A stretch of DNA of 64,000 bases, taken from assembly GCA_024691875.1 (NCBI GenBank), contig JAILNG010000119.1, forward strand, positions 2,100 to 66,099, given 5' to 3'. Shown one piece after another: positions 55,583-64,000 of this stretch. The stretch is from Lachnospiraceae bacterium (lineage in GTDB: Bacteria; Bacillota; Clostridia; Lachnospirales; Lachnospiraceae). How positions within the stretch are numbered: the stretch's first letter is position 1; each line of letters opens with the position of its first letter. The notes below the pieces were generated by a model. It saw only the letters and a program-made list of their open reading frames with translations, was not told the origin of the DNA and did not search any database. Both the position numbers and the translations under genes were made by a program.

Positions 55583-57805
55583 TTATTCCTCGCTGTGCTT
55601 AACCAAACGTGTTTCCATAAGGTGCCAAAGGGGTCCTGTGATGCAAACTGATGAGTACGCACCTGCAATGATACCGAACATAAGAGGAAAAGCAAATTCA
55701 CGGATAGCATCAACTCCGAAGATCACAAGTGAAAGTACCATTACAAATGTGGTAAGGGAGGTATTGATACTTCTTGAAAGTGTCTGGGTTACAGATCTGT
55801 CTACGATCTCTGCAACTGTTTCCTTCTTGCGCTTCTCTGCCATGTTCTCACGGATACGGTCAAAGATTACGATCGTAGCGTTGATAGAATAACCTACGAT
55901 AGTGAGCATGCAGGCGATAAAGCTGTTACCTACCGAAATTCTCACTACTGCGTAAAGCATAAGAACCACCAAAACATCATGTACAAGGGCAATTACCGAA
56001 GATCCCGCGAAATTAAAGTTCTTGAAGCGGAACCAAATGTAGATCAGCATGCAGATAACTGCAACAATAACTGCAATGATAGCATGTCTTCTCATTTCGT
56101 AGCTTACGCTTCCGGAAATGTTTTCGGTTTCGATCAATGATTCATCAACATTGTATTTATCAACCAGTGCATTTACCACCTGTGCTCTCTGGTCCTTGTC
56201 AATCTCCATGGTCTTAATGATGTATGTGTTCTCGCCCGAAACCTTTGTGATCTGGGATGTCTTTGAAATCGTATCCGAAACAAGGTTTTCAAGTTCCTTG
56301 TTCATGCTCTCGCTGTATTTATCCGAGAAAGTAACGGAAAGTGAAGTACCGCCCGAAAACTCAAGTCCGTAATTCAAAGGCTTGCCATCCTTAACACCGA
56401 ACACGATCATAGCTACGATTCCCGCAGTGATCAAAATGCCGGAAAGAGCAGCAAACTTGGGACTGTTTTTAACAAAAGCAATACTCTTTCTTTCCTTTGC
56501 GATACCGTAAAGCTTTTCATTAGAAAGGCCGATCTCATACAATGCTCTTAAAATAAACTTTGTGACAACAAGTGCCGTAAACATGGAAAGAACAATACCG
56601 ATAGCAAGTGTGGTAGCAAAGCCCTTAACTCCGCCGGCTGCCATAATGAACAATACAAGTGCTGCAATAAGTGTTGTTACGTTTCCGTCGAAAATAGCGC
56701 TGAATGCCTTCTTAAAGCCGTTCTTCATGGCACTTCTTACTGTGAGTCCCTTGCCGAGTTCCTCTCTCATACGCTGGAAAATAATTACATTCGCATCCAC
56801 AGCCATACCTATCGAGAGAATGATACCGGCGATTCCCTGTAATGTAAGAGTTGCATTAAAAGCATTCAGGAAGAACACCATAAGTCCTACGTAAATAACA
56901 AGTGCAATAGAAGCTGCCACACCCGGAACTCTGTAGTAGCAGATCATGAAAAGGATCAGGCATATAAAGCCTACAGCCCCCGCAATAAGAGATGATCTGA
57001 TGGCATCCTGTCCCAGCTGTGCCCCAACCACGTTTGAACGTACTTCCTTGAGTTCAAGGGGAAGTGCTCCGATCCTGATGGTGGCAGCAAGCTTTTCAGC
57101 CTCTTCAATATCCTTCATGCCCGTGATAACAGCTGATCCGCCGGTAATCGCGGAATTAACATTGGGGGCTGAAATTATCTCATTATCGTAAATAATGGCA
57201 ATCTGCTGCCCGATACTCTTTGCTGTAGCCTCTGCAAACTTTTCGGATCCATTTTCGTTCAGGAAAAGCTGAACCACGATATCTCTTCCGCCGACAAAGC
57301 TCTGAACTTCCTGAGTTCCTGCCTTTGCATCGGAAATATCATTACCGTTCAGTACGATCTGTCCTTCTGCCTTGAGTTCATCGATCGTCTTTGCAAGAAG
57401 ATATTTCTTATTTGCAGTATCATACTTTATGTTTCCTGTTCCGTAAACAAAGTAAAGTGCTCCGGGATTACCGAGATCCGTGAGTATCGTCTCTGCATCA
57501 TCAACACCGGGGATCTCAACGGTGATCCTTCTTGTACCCTCTTTGTAAACATTTGCTTCTGTGGAATAAGCATCTGCACGAAGCTGTAATTTGTAAATAG
57601 CATCATTCATTTCTTCATCGGTGGGAGCATCCTCAACCGCCTCGTAGGTGATACTTACACCACCTGCCAGATCAAGGCCCTGTTTGATCGCCGATGCCGA
57701 GAAAGCTTTGTTTTCACCGAAGCCGACTACTGCCATAAAGGCCAGAAAAGCTGCAACCGCAAGAGCTGCCAAAAGTTTCAAGCTGCCAATTAATTTCGAA
57801 TTCAT
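55583..57805 (-). CDS. secDF: Protein-export membrane protein SecDF (fused SecD-SecF)
   Basis: 740 aa with 12 TM helices and a large first periplasmic loop. The SecD/SecF repeats include GLDLAGG and LEFSGGT. Confidence 0.92.
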   Translation of the reverse strand: MNSKLIGSLKLLAALAVAAFLAFMAVVGFGENKAFSASAIKQGLDLAGGVSITYEAVEDAPTDEEMNDAIYKLQLRADAYSTEANVYKEGTRRITVEIPGVDDAETILTDLGNPGALYFVYGTGNIKYDTANKKYLLAKTIDELKAEGQIVLNGNDISDAKAGTQEVQSFVGGRDIVVQLFLNENGSEKFAEATAKSIGQQIAIIYDNEIISAPNVNSAITGGSAVITGMKDIEEAEKLAATIRIGALPLELKEVRSNVVGAQLGQDAIRSSLIAGAVGFICLILFMICYYRVPGVAASIALVIYVGLMVFFLNAFNATLTLQGIAGIILSIGMAVDANVIIFQRMREELGKGLTVRSAMKNGFKKAFSAIFDGNVTTLIAALVLFIMAAGGVKGFATTLAIGIVLSMFTALVVTKFILRALYEIGLSNEKLYGIAKERKSIAFVKNSPKFAALSGILITAGIVAMIVFGVKDGKPLNYGLEFSGGTSLSVTFSDKYSESMNKELENLVSDTISKTSQITKVSGENTYIIKTMEIDKDQRAQVVNALVDKYNVDESLIETENISGSVSYEMRRHAIIAVIVAVICMLIYIWFRFKNFNFAGSSVIALVHDVLVVLMLYAVVRISVGNSFIACMLTIVGYSINATIVIFDRIRENMAEKRKKETVAEIVDRSVTQTLSRSINTSLTTFVMVLSLVIFGVDAIREFAFPLMFGIIAGAYSSVCITGPLWHLMETRLVKHSEE

Positions 57806-57825
57806 TTCTTTTTTCTTCCTTTAAC

Positions 57826-58329
57826 TTATTTCTCGTATTTCAAGCCAAGTTCTTCCATCTTGGCTTTTTTAACCATTACAGAGCCCTTAAGCTCTTCTTT
57901 GTACTCCTCAAGCTTCTTGAGAAGATTGTCATCTGAAGTTGCAAGGATCTTCGCGGCTAATATGCCCGCATTTGCTCCGCCGTCGATGGCAACCGTAGCC
58001 ACGGGAATTCCCGAAGGCATCTGAACAATTGAATAAAGTGAATCCATTCCCGAAAGAGCCGCCGACTTGATGGGCACTCCGATAACAGGAAGCGGAAAGA
58101 TTGCCGCACACATCCCCGGCAGATGAGCTGCTCCGCCCGCTCCGGCGATGATCACCTTAAATCCCTTTTCCTTTGCACCTGCCGCGTAATCAAAGAATAC
58201 GTCAGGCATACGATGAGCCGATATGACCGTCATTTCATAGTCGATGCCGAATTTCTCAAGCATCTCGGCTGCCTTTTTCATGATGGGAAAATCCGAATCA
58301 CTTCCCATTACAATACCAACTTTAGCCAT
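57826..58329 (-). CDS. purE: 5-(carboxyamino)imidazole ribonucleotide mutase PurE
   Basis: Start set to ATG 58329 (GGGAGG RBS). Motifs are [10 protein letters not shown] and [10 protein letters not shown]. No other pur genes are nearby. Confidence 0.85.
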   Translation of the reverse strand: MAKVGIVMGSDSDFPIMKKAAEMLEKFGIDYEMTVISAHRMPDVFFDYAAGAKEKGFKVIIAGAGGAAHLPGMCAAIFPLPVIGVPIKSAALSGMDSLYSIVQMPSGIPVATVAIDGGANAGILAAKILATSDDNLLKKLEEYKEELKGSVMVKKAKMEELGLKYEK

Positions 58330-60415
58330 GTTTCCTCCCTTTTTCATCCAGTATGTCGTTCAGCGTTTCTGTCCCCTTAACGACAAACCTTCCGTTCTTA
58401 ATTATCTCAAATTCTTTGCCGTTTTTGCGCAAAGAAATGATGTCACCCAATTCGTCATAAGGAATTGTAATGTCCGTATGACAGTTAAAATAAGCTTTTT
58501 CGGGTTCTTTTTCTCTCAGATCCGCAAAGTCGTTGCTTCTGGAAATGATCTCTTTTCCGTCGGGATTGTAAACCTTGTGATCCTCCGCATGCGAGTAGCA
58601 TGTGTCCCCGATCGCGAAATGCGGTCCTGTTTTCTCCGCTATAAGGATCGGAAGCTTTCCCTGTATACCGTACTTTTCCCCCATCACAAAAGCTGTGGTG
58701 TTGGTTCCGATGGCAAACTCACCCAACGGCAGGAAATCATGTTTAAAGAGAAGGTTTTCGGAAATAAATCTCTTGTTTTCCGATTCATCCTCATAATTGC
58801 GACATGTGATCTCTTCCGTAACTCCGTCTTTAAATCGCACTTTAAGATCTCTGTATTCCAAACCGTTAAGGAACACCTTTTTTACATGTAAAAGGCCGTT
58901 TGTGCCTTTTAACCTGGGAGACGTGAAAACCTCGCCGAGGGGAATGTTCACATCAGCCGTGCAATTTTCAAAAACCGTCTGCTCATCAGGCTTTGTGATC
59001 TCCGTTAAAGCCACGGTCACGTCTGTCTGATTACCGTTTCTTCCGGTAACATGAACCGCATAACCTTTATCCAGTTCATCAATGATGTTTTGTTGTATCT
59101 TTATGTACTCTTCGTTATCAAGATTGTTGACCTTGACCGTATCTGCAAATATGCTCTCGAAGTCTTTTCCTATAGCAGGAAAAGGATAAGCGATAACGGA
59201 AAATGATGTTTCTTCCTGTTTAACGTATGTGTAATAGGCGGAAACATACTTATTTGAAGCTTCGACCTCCAGTTTGTCCTGAGCCGGAGTGTAACTGCAG
59301 GCTTCTCTTTTTATCACCGGATTAAAATCCGGCAAACCGAATCCTCCGATATTGATCGGTCCGTTGTAAAGCGAAACCTTCTCTGCATTTTGTTCGAGGC
59401 TTGTTTTGAAAGCCTCCGCATCTCTGGCCGCATATTTCCTGTCAAACCACAGAGCATTGTCGTTTCTGTGATCGAAAAAGAACTGGCTGTTTACATTAGT
59501 CGATGTAACAGCACCGCATTCGGCATATCTGTTCCTGATGGGCGCATTTCTCATAGTACATCCGCATTTTCTGTCTTCAAGAGCTTTTACAGTCCTCAAA
59601 GCCATACGTTCCATACCCACGGGATAACTGAGACTCGCAAACCCATTCTCTTTAAAATGCGCATTCATCACCTTAAAGCCGCGTATATAGCCTGAAGCCA
59701 GCGTTTCAGCCATTTCGTATATGCTTTTTTCATCAAGCGAATTCAAGAATTCCGCTGTCTTGAACTCGTTTTCGGTAATATAATCCCCGTACATATACAA
59801 GTATCTGAGATCCTTAAGATCGGAATTCAGCACCCTTAACAGCTTGTTTTTTGACGGGTCAAATCTTTCTTCAACAACACTTCTGTAAGTTGCCGTAAGA
59901 TTATCGCTTTTGAAAGAATACAGTGCATCTTTCGCGTAAGCATATGCTTTCTTTTCTGCTTCTGTTTTTTCAAAGTCGCCGTAAGAATCGTTATAAAGGC
60001 AGTAAATCTCCACATAAAGCTCCATGGCCGTTGTCAGCTTTTCGATACAGCCGTTGGCCGCATTATTCATGTGTGCATATACTTCCGTGGCCAAAACCGA
60101 AAGAAGTCTGCCGTTTTTGCGTTTCAGCACCTTAACTGCATAGGCCGGGTTCTCAAGGCTCCTCTCATAATTTTCCGGTAATATGTTAAAATAAAGATCA
60201 TCGTAAAAAGCCTTTAATTCATCAAGACTTTTTTGAAACACTCCGTTTTTTCCGTTACACAGATCATACAGCTTACAGTTTTTGAGCCACAGTTCACCTA
60301 TAGTTTTAAATGCCCGGGCTGTTTTCTCGGGCAGATTGTCTTTCCTGCCGCACTCTTCAACTATCTCTTCGATCCTTCCTTTTACAAGTTCAAATCTTTC
60401 CTCAATAAAATCCAT
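58322..60415 (-). CDS. M29-like (aminopeptidase T/S type) aminopeptidase with a long N-terminal extension
   Basis: 697 aa. The C-terminal roughly 400 aa resemble thermophilic metalloprotease M29 (EFAIGTN...GPHFAIGD). The family call is from memory. Confidence 0.6.
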   Translation of the reverse strand: MDFIEERFELVKGRIEEIVEECGRKDNLPEKTARAFKTIGELWLKNCKLYDLCNGKNGVFQKSLDELKAFYDDLYFNILPENYERSLENPAYAVKVLKRKNGRLLSVLATEVYAHMNNAANGCIEKLTTAMELYVEIYCLYNDSYGDFEKTEAEKKAYAYAKDALYSFKSDNLTATYRSVVEERFDPSKNKLLRVLNSDLKDLRYLYMYGDYITENEFKTAEFLNSLDEKSIYEMAETLASGYIRGFKVMNAHFKENGFASLSYPVGMERMALRTVKALEDRKCGCTMRNAPIRNRYAECGAVTSTNVNSQFFFDHRNDNALWFDRKYAARDAEAFKTSLEQNAEKVSLYNGPINIGGFGLPDFNPVIKREACSYTPAQDKLEVEASNKYVSAYYTYVKQEETSFSVIAYPFPAIGKDFESIFADTVKVNNLDNEEYIKIQQNIIDELDKGYAVHVTGRNGNQTDVTVALTEITKPDEQTVFENCTADVNIPLGEVFTSPRLKGTNGLLHVKKVFLNGLEYRDLKVRFKDGVTEEITCRNYEDESENKRFISENLLFKHDFLPLGEFAIGTNTTAFVMGEKYGIQGKLPILIAEKTGPHFAIGDTCYSHAEDHKVYNPDGKEIISRSNDFADLREKEPEKAYFNCHTDITIPYDELGDIISLRKNGKEFEIIKNGRFVVKGTETLNDILDEKGRKHG

Positions 60416-60425
60416 ATTCAGCCCC

Positions 60426-60764
60426 TTATATTAATCCATAAATGTAAAGCCAAAACAAATACACAAGCAAAAGGCCGTTAAGCACGAATCCGATTATCGG
60501 AAACAGATATCCTACTTCCCTTTCCTTCATTCCATCACCTGCATATGCCAAACCCACAATACAAAGCATCGCCGATGAGATTCCCATCAATCCCACCGGC
60601 TCCGTTGCATTTCCGCCCATTCCGGCCGATATAGCGCTTGCAACCGCAAACACCGTCAAAGCCGCTATTCCGAATGCGCAGGAAACTATTCCGTTTTTGG
60701 AAGGCGCCTTTCTGTTAAAGTCAGGTCCTGCCGACTCTCTGCGCCTGAAAAATTCCATTTTCAT
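60426..60764 (-). CDS. Small membrane protein (DUF6142-like by recollection)
   Basis: 112 aa with three hydrophobic helices. It lies 6 nt after the upstream gene. Confidence 0.55.
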   Translation of the reverse strand: MKMEFFRRRESAGPDFNRKAPSKNGIVSCAFGIAALTVFAVASAISAGMGGNATEPVGLMGISSAMLCIVGLAYAGDGMKEREVGYLFPIIGFVLNGLLLVYLFWLYIYGLI

Positions 60765-60770
60765 TTTGTA

Positions 60771-61937
60771 TCACTGAGCCTTGTTTGTGATGATGCAAGC
60801 GTTACTGTATTGTTCCTTGTATCTTACATTAAAGGCTTCCTTGTCGTATTCTATAAGTCCCTTTAGCGGATCACAAACAATAATGGTTCCCTTTGATCTG
60901 TTGTATCCTGTAATTACAACACAGTGCTCATTATTACGCCAAATGTACTTTTCGCCGTTGATCTCCCACGAATCGCCAAAGGAAGTGGGTGAAAGGCTTA
61001 CAGTCGTCCAGCATATGACCGGAACACCGCTTTTTACATAAAGCAAAAGTTCATCCAACGTGCCGCCTGAAACTTCAAGACACTTCTTTTGAATGTTTTT
61101 GTCCTCGAACCAGGCGTTGGCAGCATCTACAATTACCGGTGCATAGCATCCGTAACTGTTTATGCTCGTTTTGGGATTTCCGATATAAGCTTCAAAAGGA
61201 GTAGCTGTACCCGGCTCGGCAGTTTTAAGGAAGTCCTCCGCCAATGCCACTTTATTGACCTTATCGTATCCAAGATAGTGTAAAACAATTGCAAGGCACG
61301 TGATCTCAGGTCCGTTGATCAGTTCAGGTTTTTGCATAATGTTCTTAACATCAAGAACGTAAACATCTTCGCCCGTTTTGGCAGCTTCAAGAGTGTACTC
61401 CATCACATCAAGATGAACCGTTCCCACCCTGCTCGGTTTGTCAGTGGTCAGGTAATCTCCGTAAACGTACGCGTAATTTCCGTTGTAAGAGATCTTGCTC
61501 CATCCGTTTGAAAGCAATGAAACTCTGTGAACACAGTCGTTTTGTGCAAGTCCGCCGGCAACCAGATACTCGGTCGACCATCCTGAACGCACGTTTGCCG
61601 GTTCCGTAGCGTAAACCCATTCGTCAACTTTCTTTCCCGCGGGCTCATCCGACATGGGCGTAGGAGTTGCGATAATGAATGGTGTTGCGGTCGGAACAAA
61701 GAAGGGATCTTCGGTGGGCGTGGGTGTCAGTATCGTAATGGTAACACCTTCCTCTTCTCCGTAGCCCTCTTCTCCTCCGGAAACAATGCTGTCAATAGCA
61801 TCTCCCAGCTTTTCCGCTATGGTGTATCCCACCATATTGTCAAATCTTTCCGTTGCGCTGTCAAACACTGCCAGCCCACATCCGGTTCCAATTATTGAAA
61901 TATATAAAAGTAAAATTGCAAATAAAAACTTCTTCAT
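60771..61937 (-). CDS. Lipoprotein with an SH3b-like domain and a C39-like (papain-fold) peptidase domain
   Basis: Lipobox IIGTGC and a Pro/Thr linker. The SH3b-like segment is ANVRSGWSTEY...WSKISYNGNYAYVYGDYL. The candidate catalytic residues are Cys in GPEITCLAIVL and His in NEHCVVITGY. Confidence 0.65.
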   Translation of the reverse strand: MKKFLFAILLLYISIIGTGCGLAVFDSATERFDNMVGYTIAEKLGDAIDSIVSGGEEGYGEEEGVTITILTPTPTEDPFFVPTATPFIIATPTPMSDEPAGKKVDEWVYATEPANVRSGWSTEYLVAGGLAQNDCVHRVSLLSNGWSKISYNGNYAYVYGDYLTTDKPSRVGTVHLDVMEYTLEAAKTGEDVYVLDVKNIMQKPELINGPEITCLAIVLHYLGYDKVNKVALAEDFLKTAEPGTATPFEAYIGNPKTSINSYGCYAPVIVDAANAWFEDKNIQKKCLEVSGGTLDELLLYVKSGVPVICWTTVSLSPTSFGDSWEINGEKYIWRNNEHCVVITGYNRSKGTIIVCDPLKGLIEYDKEAFNVRYKEQYSNACIITNKAQ

Positions 61938-61953
61938 TTTGCCTCTTTACGAA

Positions 61954-62433
61954 TCACAGCTTTAATTCAATTTCCTTACTGCCTGCTTCGTATCTTCTGT
62001 ATTTTACGCCTGCCGATTTAAGCATACGTTTTGCTGCGATGTCAGTGTCCGTGTCACGGTACTTATCGGAATAATAGATGATCTCCGAAATGCCCGCCTG
62101 GATCAAAGCCTTTGTACACTCATTGCACGGGAAAAGTGTTGTATAAACCTTTGCACCCTTAAGATCCGTACCGGTGTAATTCAAAATGGCATTAAGCTCC
62201 GCGTGACAAACGTAAACATATTTGGTCTCCAACGTACTGCCCTCTCTCTCCCAAGGATATTCATCATCCGAACAGCCTTTGGGCATTCCGTTGTAGCCCA
62301 CGGAAAGAATCTTGTTGTCCGCACTGACGATACATGCGCCAACACTGGTGTTGGGGTCCTTGCTTCGCTGCGCCGAAAGGAGCGCGATTCCCATAAAGTA
62401 CTCGTCCCATTTCAAATAATCGGCTTTTTTCAT
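61954..62433 (-). CDS. comEB: dCMP deaminase (ComEB-type)
   Basis: 159 aa with the zinc motifs HAELNA and PCNECTK. Confidence 0.88.
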   Translation of the reverse strand: MKKADYLKWDEYFMGIALLSAQRSKDPNTSVGACIVSADNKILSVGYNGMPKGCSDDEYPWEREGSTLETKYVYVCHAELNAILNYTGTDLKGAKVYTTLFPCNECTKALIQAGISEIIYYSDKYRDTDTDIAAKRMLKSAGVKYRRYEAGSKEIELKL

Positions 62434-62628
62434 GTTCTTCTCCTTTATTTATAATGAAAGAATAAGCTAATTGTTAATTGTAACTTAGGTTCTCGTAAAA
62501 AGCAAGAAAAAAAGGGTGACATTATGTACTATTTAGGTTTAGGTGGACAGGCAAGCGAAAGTAATGTATACTGTTTACGAATCCAAAAAGGGGGATTCGA
62601 AAAAATTATAAAAACCTAAAGGGGGAAA

Positions 62629-64000
62629 ATGATGAAAAAATCCATTCTCATCGGATTGGGTCTGCTGACTGTATGCCTGTCGGCTTTTTCTGCGTGCACA
62701 AATTCAGAAAACGTTCCGGCTCCGACCTCTGCACCCACTTCCACATCTACACCTTCGGCGACATCTACGCCGACATTCACACCGACGCCCACCGATACAC
62801 CGACGCCGACTAACACACCAACGCCGACTAACACACCGACGCCGACTGCTACTCCTACTCCGACATACACTCCTACTCCGTCTCCGACTCCTGTTCTGAT
62901 TGGAAACGATACAGTTGGTTACATTACTACAGAAAGAACGATAAGAGATACGGAGTTCATACAGTACGTTATCGGTCCCGATGTTTACATCCTGCCGAAT
63001 CTGGAGAAAAAAACCGACGATGTTTTCCGAACAGTCGAATATATTACCGGCTTATCAACGAACAATGACAATCGCAGGGAAAAATATCAATTTGCCGTAG
63101 TCAGAGGACATGATGTCTATGAAAACCGGAGTGGCTATTATCCTGAAGGTGCCATGGGCATTCTTGCACCTTCCGATCTATTTATCGCTCCCTCAAGAAC
63201 TCTCACCGAGAGTATTTCCAGACTCATGTTTGGATCTTGTATTCCGAATGGATATTATTCCATTCTTGGCAGAGGTTTTTCGGAATATACAACTTTACGA
63301 GTGATCGAAGCTCTTTCTGCGACAGACCCTAATTTAGCCCAGTCTATAGGAACTGTCTCCAATCTTTATCTGAATGCAGAAGTAGACTACTTACATTTGA
63401 GCCAACAGCCTTTCGAATTTTGGTTGACAGAAGATGCGACAGACGGAATCCGCGAATATTTTGATCCCAATGAGCTTAACGGTATTGGTTTAAGATTTAT
63501 GACATACCTTGATTCCAAATACGGTAAATACACTTCCTGGCTATTAAACTTAAACGCAACTTATTCAGACAAAAAGGCAGCAGCAATTAAAAATGCCGAT
63601 GCGTCGCTTTCTGAAGATTCCTTAAACACTCTGATCATGATTGAAGCATTAAAAGAGACCTACGGCGATGATGTATTTGACGGTTTTTACCCATGGCTTT
63701 GCGAAAACGATACGCTGTTCAGCTACAAAGCTTACCCGAGTTATCCCGATCTGAAAGCCGTGAACGAAGCAACTGTTTATCCGACTTACAATATACTCGG
63801 AAACAATACAGCCTTTTCCTTTTCGGGTGAATTAAATTATAAGGATCTCACGGTAGATCTTGATCCCTGTATATTCTATTTAAAAGAATACAAAAAAGAG
63901 GATGTCTCAAACCTTACTTTGGAGATATCTCCCGATACGATCGTTGAAACCTATGATAAAGACGGCAAGCTTCTGGATACTTTTAATAATGCTGCATCTG
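62629..64000 (+). CDS. Lipoprotein with a Thr/Pro-rich linker and a large domain of unknown function. The 3' end lies beyond the window.
   Basis: Absent from the ORF track because there is no stop in the window. I translated it by hand from ATG 62629 (GGGGGA RBS) as [23 protein letters not shown]..., then TPTPT repeats. The frame stays open for 457 codons to the window end. Confidence 0.8.
   Translation, partial: MMKKSILIGLGLLTVCLSAFSACTNSENVPAPTSAPTSTSTPSATSTPTFTPTPTDTPTPTNTPTPTNTPTPTATPTPTYTPTPSPTPVLIGNDTVGYITTERTIRDTEFIQYVIGPDVYILPNLEKKTDDVFRTVEYITGLSTNNDNRREKYQFAVVRGHDVYENRSGYYPEGAMGILAPSDLFIAPSRTLTESISRLMFGSCIPNGYYSILGRGFSEYTTLRVIEALSATDPNLAQSIGTVSNLYLNAEVDYLHLSQQPFEFWLTEDATDGIREYFDPNELNGIGLRFMTYLDSKYGKYTSWLLNLNATYSDKKAAAIKNADASLSEDSLNTLIMIEALKETYGDDVFDGFYPWLCENDTLFSYKAYPSYPDLKAVNEATVYPTYNILGNNTAFSFSGELNYKDLTVDLDPCIFYLKEYKKEDVSNLTLEISPDTIVETYDKDGKLLDTFNNAAS
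62797..62850 (+). repeat. Three tandem 18-bp repeats (ACACCGACGCCGACTAAC) encoding TPTPTN
   Basis: Units at 62797-62814, 62815-62832 (1 mismatch) and 62833-62850 (3' end diverged). They sit inside the Thr/Pro linker spanning about 62700-62897. Confidence 0.85.

Noticed and set aside
57826-58329. The solitary purE-like gene might instead be LarB (nickel-pincer cofactor carboxylase).
   Set aside because: Its length (167 aa) and the motifs GSDSD and [10 protein letters not shown] fit PurE. As I recall, LarB proteins are considerably longer.
62616-62870. 84-aa minus-strand ORF made of VGVGV repeats, which superficially looks like a repeat protein or peptide.
   Set aside because: It is the reverse-complement shadow of the Thr/Pro linker (ACNCCN codons) of the plus-strand lipoprotein gene. 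That gene has an RBS, a signal peptide and a lipobox, and stays open for 457 codons.
1-64000. Whole-window scan by eye for CRISPR arrays, IS elements and inverted-repeat-flanked elements, prophage genes, toxin-antitoxin pairs, restriction-modification genes and known defence genes.
   Set aside because: None found. The only tandem repeat is the in-frame 18-bp TPTPTN repeat. The strong minus-strand gene bias is the normal replication co-orientation of Firmicutes, not a sign of an island.

Overview
This window looks like core chromosome from a low/mid-GC Firmicute of the class Clostridia. The gene content is Lachnospiraceae-like, but that is inference only and cannot be confirmed without a database search.

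I call 57 protein-coding genes and 6 tRNA genes. 50 of the 57 CDS and all 6 tRNAs lie on the minus strand, which is the strong co-orientation typical of Firmicutes.

Main blocks, in window order:
- tsaE-tsaB-rimI-(rnz, one unknown)-tsaD, then tex.
- pfkA and dnaE.
- A carbon-control and cell-envelope block: uvrC-hprK-glcK-murB-rapZ-whiA-crh-like.
- ftsH, a GT2/TPR glycosyltransferase, rdgB and a THUMP methyltransferase.
- Two orphan response regulators.
- A sensor GGDEF cyclase and GH38 alpha-mannosidase feeding into lepA-hemW.
- An operon of a Re-citrate-synthase-like gene, an isocitrate dehydrogenase family gene and a GntR regulator.
- A GldA/F/G-like ABC-2 transporter.
- A LysR regulator divergent from a solute-binding protein.
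- A cysteine-rich operon of a Zn-ribbon protein, a DUF5685-like protein and a J-domain protein.
- A CarD-like regulator, ybaK, and a PPi-type phosphofructokinase.
- A tRNA cluster (Pro, Gly, Arg, His, Gln, Lys).
- A long, tightly packed gene string: comEB, C39-like lipoprotein, small membrane protein, M29-like aminopeptidase, purE, secDF and one unknown.
- A partial Thr/Pro-linker lipoprotein at the right edge.

I found no rRNA, CRISPR array, IS element, prophage, integrase or recognisable defence or toxin-antitoxin genes.

I could not identify a clear-cut novel system. The best candidates for uncharacterised biology:
- (a) The three-gene Cys-rich J-domain operon at 47052-49002.
- (b) A mini-zincin next to a Ca-loop protein at 7420-9319.
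- (c) The GGDEF sensor translationally coupled to the GH38 mannosidase.
- (d) The Re-citrate-synthase-like operon, whose palindromic operator overlaps its -10 element.

All family assignments rest on motifs read by eye and on recall. They need HMM or BLAST confirmation.
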